Source of the DNA: Sphingomonadales bacterium
GTDB lineage: Bacteria > Pseudomonadota > Alphaproteobacteria > Sphingomonadales > Sphingomonadaceae
Assembly (NCBI GenBank): GCA_027486415.1
Contig: JAIXPC010000011.1
Coordinates: 43,411 to 107,410, forward strand
DNA length: 64,000 nt
Reading direction: 5' to 3'
Shown piece after piece: positions 17,674 through 26,357 of this stretch (its first letter is position 1; every line of letters starts with the position of its first letter). The translations under genes were made by a program, and so were the position numbers. Below the pieces are notes generated by a model. It ran no database searches and was not told where the DNA came from. It worked only from the letters and a program-made list of their open reading frames with translations.

Positions 17674-19608
17674 ATGAAGCTGGGCGTCTGCTGGTATCCC
17701 GAACAATGGCCCGAAGAGCTTTGGGCCAGCGATGTCGCGCGCATGACGGCACTGGGCCTGTCGTTCGTGCGGATCGGCGAATTCGCCTGGAGCCGCATCG
17801 AGCCGGAGCCGGGGCGGTTTGAATGGGCCTGGCTGGATCGGGCGATTGACCTGGCCCATGCGGCGGGGCTGGAGGTGGTGATAGGCACACCCACCGCCAC
17901 GCCGCCGAAATGGCTGCTGGATGCCCATCCGGAAATCTTGCCCAAGGGCCGCGACGGGCAGGTGCGCGGCTTTGGATCGCGGCGGCATTATTGTTTTTCG
18001 TCAGATGTTTATCTGGCGCAAGCCAAGCGGATCACGCAGGCGGTGGCCGATCGTTTTGGCCGGCATCCGGCGATTGTCGCCTGGCAGACCGACAATGAAT
18101 ATGGCTGCCACGATACGGTGGTGAGCACATCGGATGCGGCCAAGGCCGGCTTCCGGCGCTGGCTGGCGGGCGAATATGGCGAAGTGGCGGCGCTGAATGC
18201 GGCGTGGGGCCTTAGTTTCTGGGCGCAGGATTATCGCAGTTTCGACGAGGTCGACGCCCCGTTCGGGACGGTGACAGAAAGCCATCCCGCGCACCGGCTG
18301 GCCTGGCAGCGATATTCGTCGGCGATGGTGGAGCGGTTCAACGCGGCCCAGGTGGCGATCCTGCGCGAAGCCTCGCCGGCCCGGGATATTCTCCACAATT
18401 TCATGGGCTTGTTCACCGAATTCGATCATTATGCCGTCGGCCGCCAGCTCGATGTGGCGACGTGGGACAGTTATCCGATCGGCTTTCTGGGGCAGGGGCC
18501 GTTCAGCGCTGCCGACAAGGCGCGCTACCTCCGCACCGGCCATCCCGACCTGACCGCCTTCCACCACAGCCTCTATCGCAGCTGCGGCAATGGCCGCTGG
18601 TGGGTGATCGAACAGCAGCCCGGCCCGGTGAACTGGGCGGCGTGGAATCCGGCGCCGGCGAAAGGGGCGGTGGAACTGTGGGGGTGGGAGGCCGTGGCCC
18701 ACGGAGCCGAGCGGATGAGCTGGTTCCGCTGGCGGCAGGCACCGACGGGGCAGGAGGCGATGCACGCCGGCCTGAACCGGCCCGACAACCAGCCGGCCGC
18801 AGCGTGGCCAGAGGTTGAAGCGCTGGGCAAGGGTCTGGCATCGCTGGGGAATTTGCCCGAACGCGGGCGGGCCGATGTAGCATTGGTGTTTGATTATGAC
18901 AGCGTGTGGGCGGTGGAGAGCCAGCCGCAGGGACGCGACGAGTCGGTGCTGGCCACGGCCATGGCCTGGCACACGGCGGCGCGGCGGCTGGGCCTGTCGG
19001 TCGATGTCGTGCCGCCCGATGCCGATCTGTCCGCCTATCGGCTGATCCTGCTGCCCGCGCAGGTGTTTCTGTCGCCCACGGCTGGCGCGCGGCTGGCCAA
19101 TATTGGTGCAACGCTGGTCGCGGGTGCCAGAACCGGATCAAAAACGCGCCACTTTGCCATTCCCGATGGCCTGCCGCCTGATGGCTTGCGGCAATTGATC
19201 GATATCCGCGTCGCGCGGGTTGAAAGCCTGCCGCCCGGCATTCGTCTGCCCGCCGGCAATGGGGGCCAGGTGACGGGCTGGATGGAGGATGTCCAACCCG
19301 GTCCGGCGGTCGAAACGCGGCTGGCGCTGGACGATGGCCGGCCGCTGTGGTTGGCTGAGGGGCGGGCGCATTATCTCGCGGGCCAGGTTGACGATGGCCT
19401 GCTGCGCCGCGTGCTGGCCGATGCGGCAACGGCGGCCGGGCTCGCCCCGCGCGATCTGGGGCCGGATGTGCGGGTGGAGCGGCGCGGCACACTCAATTTC
19501 CTGTTCAACTATGGCCCCGAACCCGTGCCTGTCGATCAGGCGTTGCTGATCGGTCACAATCCGGTGCCGCCGGCCGGCGTCGCCATCTGGAAGGATCCTG
19601 CTGCATGA
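17674..19608 (+). CDS. beta-galactosidase, glycoside hydrolase family 42
   Basis: MKLGVCWYPEQWPEE..., acid/base region WQTDNEYG. Length of 644 aa is typical of GH42. Confidence 0.88.
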   Translation: MKLGVCWYPEQWPEELWASDVARMTALGLSFVRIGEFAWSRIEPEPGRFEWAWLDRAIDLAHAAGLEVVIGTPTATPPKWLLDAHPEILPKGRDGQVRGFGSRRHYCFSSDVYLAQAKRITQAVADRFGRHPAIVAWQTDNEYGCHDTVVSTSDAAKAGFRRWLAGEYGEVAALNAAWGLSFWAQDYRSFDEVDAPFGTVTESHPAHRLAWQRYSSAMVERFNAAQVAILREASPARDILHNFMGLFTEFDHYAVGRQLDVATWDSYPIGFLGQGPFSAADKARYLRTGHPDLTAFHHSLYRSCGNGRWWVIEQQPGPVNWAAWNPAPAKGAVELWGWEAVAHGAERMSWFRWRQAPTGQEAMHAGLNRPDNQPAAAWPEVEALGKGLASLGNLPERGRADVALVFDYDSVWAVESQPQGRDESVLATAMAWHTAARRLGLSVDVVPPDADLSAYRLILLPAQVFLSPTAGARLANIGATLVAGARTGSKTRHFAIPDGLPPDGLRQLIDIRVARVESLPPGIRLPAGNGGQVTGWMEDVQPGPAVETRLALDDGRPLWLAEGRAHYLAGQVDDGLLRRVLADAATAAGLAPRDLGPDVRVERRGTLNFLFNYGPEPVPVDQALLIGHNPVPPAGVAIWKDPAA

Positions 19609-20645
19609 CCATCCTTGCCGCCCGCGTGGGAGCGCTCGCTGAAACCGTCGCGCTGCCCGATCCCGGCCCGCTGGCCGATGGGCAGGCGCGCTTTGCCGTC
19701 GAGCAGTTCGCGCTGACGGCCAACAATGTCACCTATGCCGTGCATGGCGAGGATTTCGCCTATTGGCGGTTCTTCCCGGCCCCGGAAGGGCAGCAAGGGA
19801 CTCTGGGCATCGTTCCCGTCTGGGGCTTTGGCCGCGTCACCGAAAGCCGGGCCGAGGGCCTGACTGTTGGCGACCGCTATTTCGGTTACTGGCCGATGGG
19901 GTCTGAACTCGTCGTCACCCCGGTGCAGATGTCGGCCCACGGCTTCACCGATGGCGCGGCCCACCGCGCCGGGCTGCCACCCTTCTACAACCGCTATACC
20001 CCGGCCAGCGGTGCGTGGGGGGACGAGGCGCTGCAATGCCTGTTCCGCCCGCTCTATGCCACCAGCTTCCTGATCGACTGCATGGTTCAGGGCCATCCCG
20101 TCGATACGCTGCTGCTGTCATCGGCCTCGTCCAAGACGGCGCTGGGCGTGGCGCAGGCCGCAAAGGGCCGGCAGCGCGTTGTCGGCCTCACCTCGCCCGC
20201 CAATCGTGAATTCTGTGAGAAGACAGGCTATTACGACCAGGTGCTGGGCTATGACGAGGTTGCCGCCGTCACTGGCAGCGCCATCGCCTTCATCGATTTT
20301 TCCGGCCATGGCGACGTGCGCCGCGATGTCCACACGCTGCTGGGCGCGCGGCTGGCCGAAAGCCACGTGGTGGGCGACACCCACTGGCAGGCGCCCAAGT
20401 TGGCCGATCTTCCCGGCCCCGCGCCGCAATTGTTTTTTGCGCCGACGGTGGCGCAGGATCGCGTTGCCGAATGGGGCTCGGCCGGGTTTGATCAGCGGCT
20501 GGCAGCGGCGTGGGCGGGCTTTGCCGCCACGCTGGGCTGGCTTGCCATCACCCGCATCGATGGCGAAGCGGCGGTGGCGGCGGCCTGGGCCGATCTGGTG
20601 GCCGGGCGCATCGATCCGGCGGCGGGCCTCATCGCCCGGCTGTAA
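19605..20645 (+). CDS. DUF2855 family protein
   Basis: FALTANNVTYAVHGEDFAYWRFFP...VPVWGFGRVTES...GDRYFGYWPM matches my memory of the DUF2855 signature. ATGA overlap with the GH42 stop. Confidence 0.65.
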   Translation: MTILAARVGALAETVALPDPGPLADGQARFAVEQFALTANNVTYAVHGEDFAYWRFFPAPEGQQGTLGIVPVWGFGRVTESRAEGLTVGDRYFGYWPMGSELVVTPVQMSAHGFTDGAAHRAGLPPFYNRYTPASGAWGDEALQCLFRPLYATSFLIDCMVQGHPVDTLLLSSASSKTALGVAQAAKGRQRVVGLTSPANREFCEKTGYYDQVLGYDEVAAVTGSAIAFIDFSGHGDVRRDVHTLLGARLAESHVVGDTHWQAPKLADLPGPAPQLFFAPTVAQDRVAEWGSAGFDQRLAAAWAGFAATLGWLAITRIDGEAAVAAAWADLVAGRIDPAAGLIARL

Positions 20646-20841
20646 CGCCGTTCAGCCTGCCGAAAGCCCGTCCATCGCATATCCGTCAAACGACTGGGGA
20701 TTTGGACAACAAGTCGCAAGTTTCCCGTCTTGAGTGCGTGCCTGTCCCCGTCTAAGGAGCGCGACCAAGCGATCCGGCGGGTTTCGGTCCGGGCGTGCAA
20801 AAATGGTCGGCGGCTCATCGCCGGCCCATGGAGGAAGACAG

Positions 20842-21273
20842 ATGAAGGTTCTGGGCTTTGTCGCTGCTGCTCTGGTGCTCGCTGCTCCGGCCGCCGCCAA
20901 GGAAATCACCGTCAAGATGCTGAACAAGGGTGCCGAAGGCGCCATGGTGTTCGAACCGGGCTTCGTGAAGGCCATGCCGGGCGACACCGTGAAGTTCGTT
21001 GCCACCAACCCGGGCCACAACGCCCAGACCATCCCGGGCTTCCTGCCGGCCGGTGAAGCCGAGCAGAAGGGCGCGATGGGCAAGGACTTTGTCTTGAAGG
21101 TTGGCAAGCCGGGCCTGTATGGCATCAAGTGCCTGCCGCACTTCTCGATGGGCATGGTTGCCCTGGTGCAGGTCGGCAACGGCCCGTCGGCCAACCTGGC
21201 TGCCGCCAAGGCCGTCAAGCTGTCGCCGCTGGCCACCAAGCGCATGACCGGCTACCTGGCCCAGGCCAAGTAA
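20842..21273 (+). CDS. pseudoazurin (blue copper protein)
   Basis: Track ORF 20734..21273 trimmed to ATG 20842 preceded by GGAGGA. Signal peptide, type-1 Cu ligand region NPGHN and KCLPHFSMGM. Confidence 0.88.
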   Translation: MKVLGFVAAALVLAAPAAAKEITVKMLNKGAEGAMVFEPGFVKAMPGDTVKFVATNPGHNAQTIPGFLPAGEAEQKGAMGKDFVLKVGKPGLYGIKCLPHFSMGMVALVQVGNGPSANLAAAKAVKLSPLATKRMTGYLAQAK

Positions 21274-21294
21274 TCGCGTTTCAGCGATGATGAA

Positions 21295-21329
21295 GCGGCC
21301 GGGGTGGCGACACCCCGGCCGTTTTCGTT
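21295..21329 (+). terminator. rho-independent terminator of pseudoazurin
   Basis: CGGCCGGGGTGgcgaCACCCCGGCCG followed by TTTTCGTTT. Confidence 0.85.
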
Positions 21330-21359
21330 TGGGGGGAGGGTGAACACGTCCACCCCTGA

Positions 21360-21381
21360 CCCCTCCCGCAGGCAGGAGGGG
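21360..21381. repeat. REP-like palindromic element, copy 1 (one mismatch)
   Basis: CCCCTCCCGCaggcAGGAGGGG, preceded by CCACCCCTGA. Confidence 0.7.
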
Positions 21382-21408
21382 AACGGCATGGCGCAATCGC
21401 GATCGGCT

Positions 21409-21430
21409 CCCCTCCCGCCTGCGGGAGGGG
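21409..21430. repeat. REP-like palindromic element, copy 2 (inverted orientation relative to copy 1)
   Basis: CCCCTCCCGCctGCGGGAGGGG followed by CTGGGGGTGG, the reverse complement of the flank of copy 1. Confidence 0.75.
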
Positions 21431-21448
21431 CTGGGGGTGGGAACCCGG

Positions 21449-23269
21449 TTACAACCCCGCCGCGCTCAACATCGCACACGCCCCGGCCTCGGCATCGTCG
21501 CTGTGATCGCGGAACAGGGTGAACAGCTCGCGCGCGGTGCCGTGGGTGGACGGCGCGATCACCGCCGGCTCCCGCGCTGCAAACGCGGCCACATCGCCCA
21601 CCACGTCCAGCGTGCCCGAATGGCCGCACAGGCGCACCATGTCGCCATCGCGCACGCGGGCGATCGGCCCGGCCGACATGGCTTCGGGGCAGAGGTGGAT
21701 GGCGGCGGGCACCTTGCCCGAAGCGCCCGACATCCGGCCATCGGTGACCAGCGCCACCTTGAAGCCGCGATCCTGCAACACGCCCAGTGCGGGCGTCAAT
21801 TTGTGCAGTTCGGGCATCCCGTTGGCGCGCGGGCCCTGGCCGCGCACCACCACCACCACGTCGCGTTCCAGCTCGCCGGCCCTGAAGGCGTCGTTCACCG
21901 CATCCTGGCAATCGAACACCCGCGCCGGGGCCTCGATCGTCCAGCGTTCCTCGTCGACCGCGCTGGTCTTGAAGATGGCGCGGCCCAGGTTGCCGGTCAC
22001 CAGCCGCATCCCGCCATCGGGGCGGAAGGGGTTGGTGGCGGACCGCAGGATGCCGTCATCACGGCTGGCGGCAATATCCTGCCAGTCGAGGCCGGTATCA
22101 TACAGCACCGGATCGCGGGCATAATCGGCAAGGCTTTCACCGCCGGCGGTGAGGATGTCGCCGTGCAGCAGGCCGGCATCGAGCAGCGTGCGGGTGGTGA
22201 AGGCCATGCCGCCGGCAGCGTGGAACTGGTTCACGTCGGCCGCGCCGCCGGGATAGACGCGGGCGATCAGCGGCACGGCGGCCGACAGTTCGTCGAAATC
22301 CTGCCAGTCGATGCGGATGCCGGCGGCGCGCGCGATGGCGGGCAGGTGGATGGCGTGATTGGTGGAACCCCCCGTGGCCAGCAGGCCGACAATGGCGTTG
22401 ACGATGGCGCGTTCATCGACGCAGTGGCCCAGCGGGCGTTCATCGGGCTGCCTGAGCGCGATCCTTGCCAGCCGGTGCATGGCGGCGCGGTTCATGGCGT
22501 TCCTGAGGCCGGTGCCGGGATTGACGAAGGCCGCGCCGGGGATGTGCAGGCCCATCAGCTCCATCATCATCTGGTTGCTGTTGGCTGTGCCGTAGAATGT
22601 GCAGGTGCCGGGGCTGTGGTAGGAGGCGCTTTCGGCCTCCAGCAGCTCGGCCTTGCTGGCCTTGCCTTCGGCGGCAAGCTGGCGGATGCGCTGCTTTTCC
22701 TTGTTGGGCAGGCCCGATGGCATCGGCCCGCCGGGCACGAACAGCATCGGCAGATGGCCGAAACGCAGCGCGCCGATCAACAGGCCGGGCACGATCTTGT
22801 CACAGATGCCCAGCAATGCCGCGGATTCGAACATCCCGTGGCTGAGGGCAACCGCGGTGGCCAGCGCGATGGAATCGCGGCTGAACAGCGACAATTCCAT
22901 GCCGACCGTGCCTTGCGTGACGCCATCGCACATCGCCGGCACGCCGCCGGCCACCTGCGCCGTCGCGCCGACTTCGCGGGCGAACAGTTTCAGCTGCGGC
23001 GGGTAGGCGCCATAGGGCTGGTGTGCCGACAGCATGTCGTTGAAGGCGGTGACGATGCCGATGTTGACGCGCCCACCGGCCTTGATCGTGCCCTGGTCCT
23101 CCAGCGCGCCGGCAAAGCCGTGGGCGAGGTTGGAGCAGGACAGCATGGTGCGGTTCATGCCGGCATCGCGTTCGCGGGCGATATGATCGAGATAGCGGGC
23201 GCGGCCCGGCCGGCTTCTTTCGATGATGCGGTCGGTGACGCGGGACAGGGTGGGGTGCAGAGTCGCCAT
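21449..23269 (-). CDS. edd: phosphogluconate dehydratase (Entner-Doudoroff)
   Basis: Track ORF 21449..23494 trimmed to ATG 23269 ([19 protein letters not shown]...). Near-collinear with E. coli Edd as I recall it ([37 protein letters not shown]). Confidence 0.92.
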   Translation of the reverse strand: MATLHPTLSRVTDRIIERSRPGRARYLDHIARERDAGMNRTMLSCSNLAHGFAGALEDQGTIKAGGRVNIGIVTAFNDMLSAHQPYGAYPPQLKLFAREVGATAQVAGGVPAMCDGVTQGTVGMELSLFSRDSIALATAVALSHGMFESAALLGICDKIVPGLLIGALRFGHLPMLFVPGGPMPSGLPNKEKQRIRQLAAEGKASKAELLEAESASYHSPGTCTFYGTANSNQMMMELMGLHIPGAAFVNPGTGLRNAMNRAAMHRLARIALRQPDERPLGHCVDERAIVNAIVGLLATGGSTNHAIHLPAIARAAGIRIDWQDFDELSAAVPLIARVYPGGAADVNQFHAAGGMAFTTRTLLDAGLLHGDILTAGGESLADYARDPVLYDTGLDWQDIAASRDDGILRSATNPFRPDGGMRLVTGNLGRAIFKTSAVDEERWTIEAPARVFDCQDAVNDAFRAGELERDVVVVVRGQGPRANGMPELHKLTPALGVLQDRGFKVALVTDGRMSGASGKVPAAIHLCPEAMSAGPIARVRDGDMVRLCGHSGTLDVVGDVAAFAAREPAVIAPSTHGTARELFTLFRDHSDDAEAGACAMLSAAGL

Positions 23270-23386
23270 GCCCGCCAGCATAGGCGGCCAAGCCGCTGAA
23301 AACACCCCATCTGCGACGGCCCGATGCAACAGATTGACGGGGCGGGGCTTCGCGGGCAGCACAGGGGCGCAGATTGGGGGTTTGGA

Positions 23387-24658
23387 ATGACCAAGGCAGG
23401 GGGCCAGATCGGCCTGGTGGCGGCGCTGGCGCTGGTGCTGGGCAACATGGTGGGTTCGGGCGTGTTCCTGCTGCCCGCCACGCTGGCGCCCCATGGCTGG
23501 TCGGCGATGGGCGGCTGGATGATTGCCATTGCCGGCACGCTGGCGCTGGCCGGCTGCTATGCCGCGCTCAGCCGGCGGATGCCCGGCCTGTGCGGGCCTT
23601 ATGCCTTTGTCGATGAAGCCTTCGGGGCCACCGCCAGCTATTTTTCGGCGTGGAGTTACTGGATCGGCGTGTGGGTGGGCAACGCGGCGCTGGCCGTGGC
23701 CGTGGTATCGAACCTGACCGTGGTGTGGCCGGGCCTGGCCAGCGTTCCGGGGCTGGGCGCGGGTGCGGCGGTGGCGGTGCTGTTGCTGGTGACGATGATC
23801 AACCTGGCGGGCGTGCGCGCCGTGAGCCTGGTGCAGCAGGCGACGACGCTGATCAAGCTGGTGCCGCTGGTGGCGGTGCTGGCCATCGCGGTGTGGCTGC
23901 TGGCGACGAAGGGCAGCAGCGTGTTGGTGAACCCGCCGCAGCCGATGGATTGGGGCGCGGTGACGACCTGCGTGACGCTGACGATGTGGGCGTTCCTGGG
24001 CTTTGAATCGGCGACGCTGCCGGCCGACAAGATCGCCAACCCGCGTTTCACCGTGCCGTTCGCGACGATTGCCGCGCCGGCGCTGGCGGGGCTTTTGTAC
24101 ATGGCGATCTGTGCCGCGATGCTGGCGCTGATGCCGGCCGATGCACTGGCGAAAAGCAACGCGCCGTTCGCGGATTTTGCCGCGCCGTTCGTCGGGCGCG
24201 AGGTGGCGGCGCTGATCGGGCTGTTTGCCGCCATATCAGCGCTGGGATCGATCAATGGCCTGACGCTGGCCGCCGCCGAATTGCCGCGCGCACTCGCCAA
24301 TGGCGGGCAGTTCCCGCCGCGCTTTGCTGCGCTCAACAAGGCGGGCGCGCCTGCCTCGGCGCTGTGGCTGGCGGGCGGGCTGGCCGCCGTTCTGGTGGTG
24401 ATGAATTACAGCCGCAGCCTCGCCAGCCTGTTCCAGTTCGCCATCCTGGTGGCGACGTGCGGGATGCTGGTGGGCTATCTGGCGGTCGCGCTGGCGGCGC
24501 TGAAGCGGCTGGGGGGCGTGCTGCGCGCGGTGGGCGTGGCGGGCACGGGCTATGCGCTCTTCGCGCTCTATGCGGCAGGGCTGGAGCCCAACCTGTGGTG
24601 CATCGCGCTGGTGGCGGCGGGCTGGCCGGTGCTGATCTACGCGCGCAAGCGGGCATAG
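23387..24658 (+). CDS. APC superfamily amino acid permease
   Basis: Track ORF trimmed to ATG 23387. 12-TM profile; N-terminal [12 protein letters not shown] motif. Confidence 0.85.
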   Translation: MTKAGGQIGLVAALALVLGNMVGSGVFLLPATLAPHGWSAMGGWMIAIAGTLALAGCYAALSRRMPGLCGPYAFVDEAFGATASYFSAWSYWIGVWVGNAALAVAVVSNLTVVWPGLASVPGLGAGAAVAVLLLVTMINLAGVRAVSLVQQATTLIKLVPLVAVLAIAVWLLATKGSSVLVNPPQPMDWGAVTTCVTLTMWAFLGFESATLPADKIANPRFTVPFATIAAPALAGLLYMAICAAMLALMPADALAKSNAPFADFAAPFVGREVAALIGLFAAISALGSINGLTLAAAELPRALANGGQFPPRFAALNKAGAPASALWLAGGLAAVLVVMNYSRSLASLFQFAILVATCGMLVGYLAVALAALKRLGGVLRAVGVAGTGYALFALYAAGLEPNLWCIALVAAGWPVLIYARKRA

Positions 24659-24664
24659 ATCGGG

Positions 24665-24725
24665 ATTGGTTTACAGCCGCAAGCGTCTGTAGATTGCTAT
24701 TGGTTTACAGCCGCAAGCGTCTGTA
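24665..24725. repeat. 27-bp perfect direct repeat (two copies, 34-bp period) spanning the stop of the 24705..26288 gene
   Basis: ATTGGTTTACAGCCGCAAGCGTCTGTA at 24665..24691 and 24699..24725. The second copy encodes the last codons (YRRLRL*) of the minus-strand gene. Confidence 0.9.
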
Positions 24726-26288
24726 AACGGGCCGATCTGCCAGGATTTCGCGCGCGGCGTTGTGGCCGGGGGCGCCGGTGACGCCGCCGCCGGGGTGGGC
24801 GCCGCTGCCGCACAGATAGAGGCCCTTGATCGGCATCCGGTGATCGCCGTGGCCCAGCACCGGGCGGGCGGCCCAGAGTTGATCAAGGCTGATGCGGCCG
24901 TGGAAGATGTCCCCGCCGATCAGGCCGAACTTGCGTTCGAGGTCCAATGGCGAGTGGATCTGGCGGGCGAGGATGCTGGCCTTGAAGTTGGGCGCGTGGG
25001 TGGTGACCGTATCAATGATGAGATCGGCGACGGTCTCGCGGTGATCGTCCCAGCTTTGACCATTTGGCAGCGTGGGGGCGAATTGCTGGCAGAACAGGCT
25101 GGCGACATGGGCTCCCGCCGGGGCGAGGCTGTCGTCGAGCGTTGACGGGATCAGCATTTCGACGATGGGCTGCCGCGACCAGCCGTGGGTTTTCGCGTCG
25201 GTGAAGGCGCGGTCCATGTAGTCAAGGCTGGGGGCGATGATGATGCCGGCGCCGTGGTGGGGGCCGGGGCCGGGCAGGCAGGTGAAATCGGGCAGTTCCG
25301 AGAGGGCGACATTCATGCGGAACGTGCCGGAGCCGGCGGCATAACCATCCATCGCGCGGGCGAAATCGGCCGGCAGATCGGCGCGATCGACCAGCTGGCG
25401 GAACAGCAGCGCCGGGCCGGCATTGCTGGCGATGATGGGGGCATCCAGCGTGCGGCCATCGGACAGGGTGACGCCGGTGGCCTTGCCCCCCACGACGTTG
25501 ACGCGGGCGACCCGCTGTTCCAGCCCGATGGAGACGCCGGCATTCGTGCACGCCCTGGCCATCGCCTGCGTGATCGCGCCCATGCCGCCGATGGCATGGC
25601 CCCAGGCGCCCTTCACCCCGTTCACCTGGCCAAAGACATGGTGGAGCAGGACATAGGCCGAACCCGGCGTGTCGGGGCTGGCGAAATGGCCGACGATGCT
25701 GTCAAAGCCGAGCACGGCCTTGATCGGATCGCTTTCGAACCAGCCATCGAGGAACTCGCGCGCCGAGCGGGTGAACAGCGCCAGCAGGTCGCGCTGTTCG
25801 GCGGCCTCCAGCCCCAGCAGCGGCCACCCCTGCGCCGCCAATGCCGCCATCCCCTTCAGCCCGCGCCCCGGCGGGGTTTTCAGCGCAAGGCGGCGCATCT
25901 GGTCGGCCAGAACCTCCAGCCGCGCGTCATAGGCGGGCAGCGCGGCAGCGTCCGTCCTGGAAAAACGCGCCACCTCGGCCTGCGTCTGGCCGGCCCCGAC
26001 CTTCAGATAATCGCCGTCCAGCGGCAGGAAATTGTTCAGGGGCCGGAGCACGATGCGAAGGCCGTGATCGGCCAGCCTCATGTCGTCCATCACCGTCTGC
26101 TGGAGCAGGGAGACGGTGTAGCTGGCGGTGGAATTGCGGAAACCGGGCGCGAACTCCTCGGTGACGCAGGCCCCGCCAATCACGTCACGCGCCTCGCAGA
26201 TGTGCACCTTCAGCCCGGCGCGGGCGAGATAGAACGCCGTTACCAGCCCGTTGTGGCCGCCCCCGATGATGATCGCATCATATCGCAT
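24705..26288 (-). CDS. NAD(P)/FAD-dependent oxidoreductase, phytoene desaturase (CrtI-like) family
   Basis: Only the 3' part of track ORF 24705..27986 is real. Start ATG 26288 (MRYDAIIIGGGHNGLVTAFYLARAG dinucleotide fold); 527 aa. Confidence 0.85.
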   Translation of the reverse strand: MRYDAIIIGGGHNGLVTAFYLARAGLKVHICEARDVIGGACVTEEFAPGFRNSTASYTVSLLQQTVMDDMRLADHGLRIVLRPLNNFLPLDGDYLKVGAGQTQAEVARFSRTDAAALPAYDARLEVLADQMRRLALKTPPGRGLKGMAALAAQGWPLLGLEAAEQRDLLALFTRSAREFLDGWFESDPIKAVLGFDSIVGHFASPDTPGSAYVLLHHVFGQVNGVKGAWGHAIGGMGAITQAMARACTNAGVSIGLEQRVARVNVVGGKATGVTLSDGRTLDAPIIASNAGPALLFRQLVDRADLPADFARAMDGYAAGSGTFRMNVALSELPDFTCLPGPGPHHGAGIIIAPSLDYMDRAFTDAKTHGWSRQPIVEMLIPSTLDDSLAPAGAHVASLFCQQFAPTLPNGQSWDDHRETVADLIIDTVTTHAPNFKASILARQIHSPLDLERKFGLIGGDIFHGRISLDQLWAARPVLGHGDHRMPIKGLYLCGSGAHPGGGVTGAPGHNAAREILADRPVYRRLRL

Positions 26289-26357
26289 GGCCGCACGCTT
26301 GCCCGGCTGGCGCAGGCCGGTCAATTGCAGGGCATTGCAACCGCCGCTGCATCCGCT

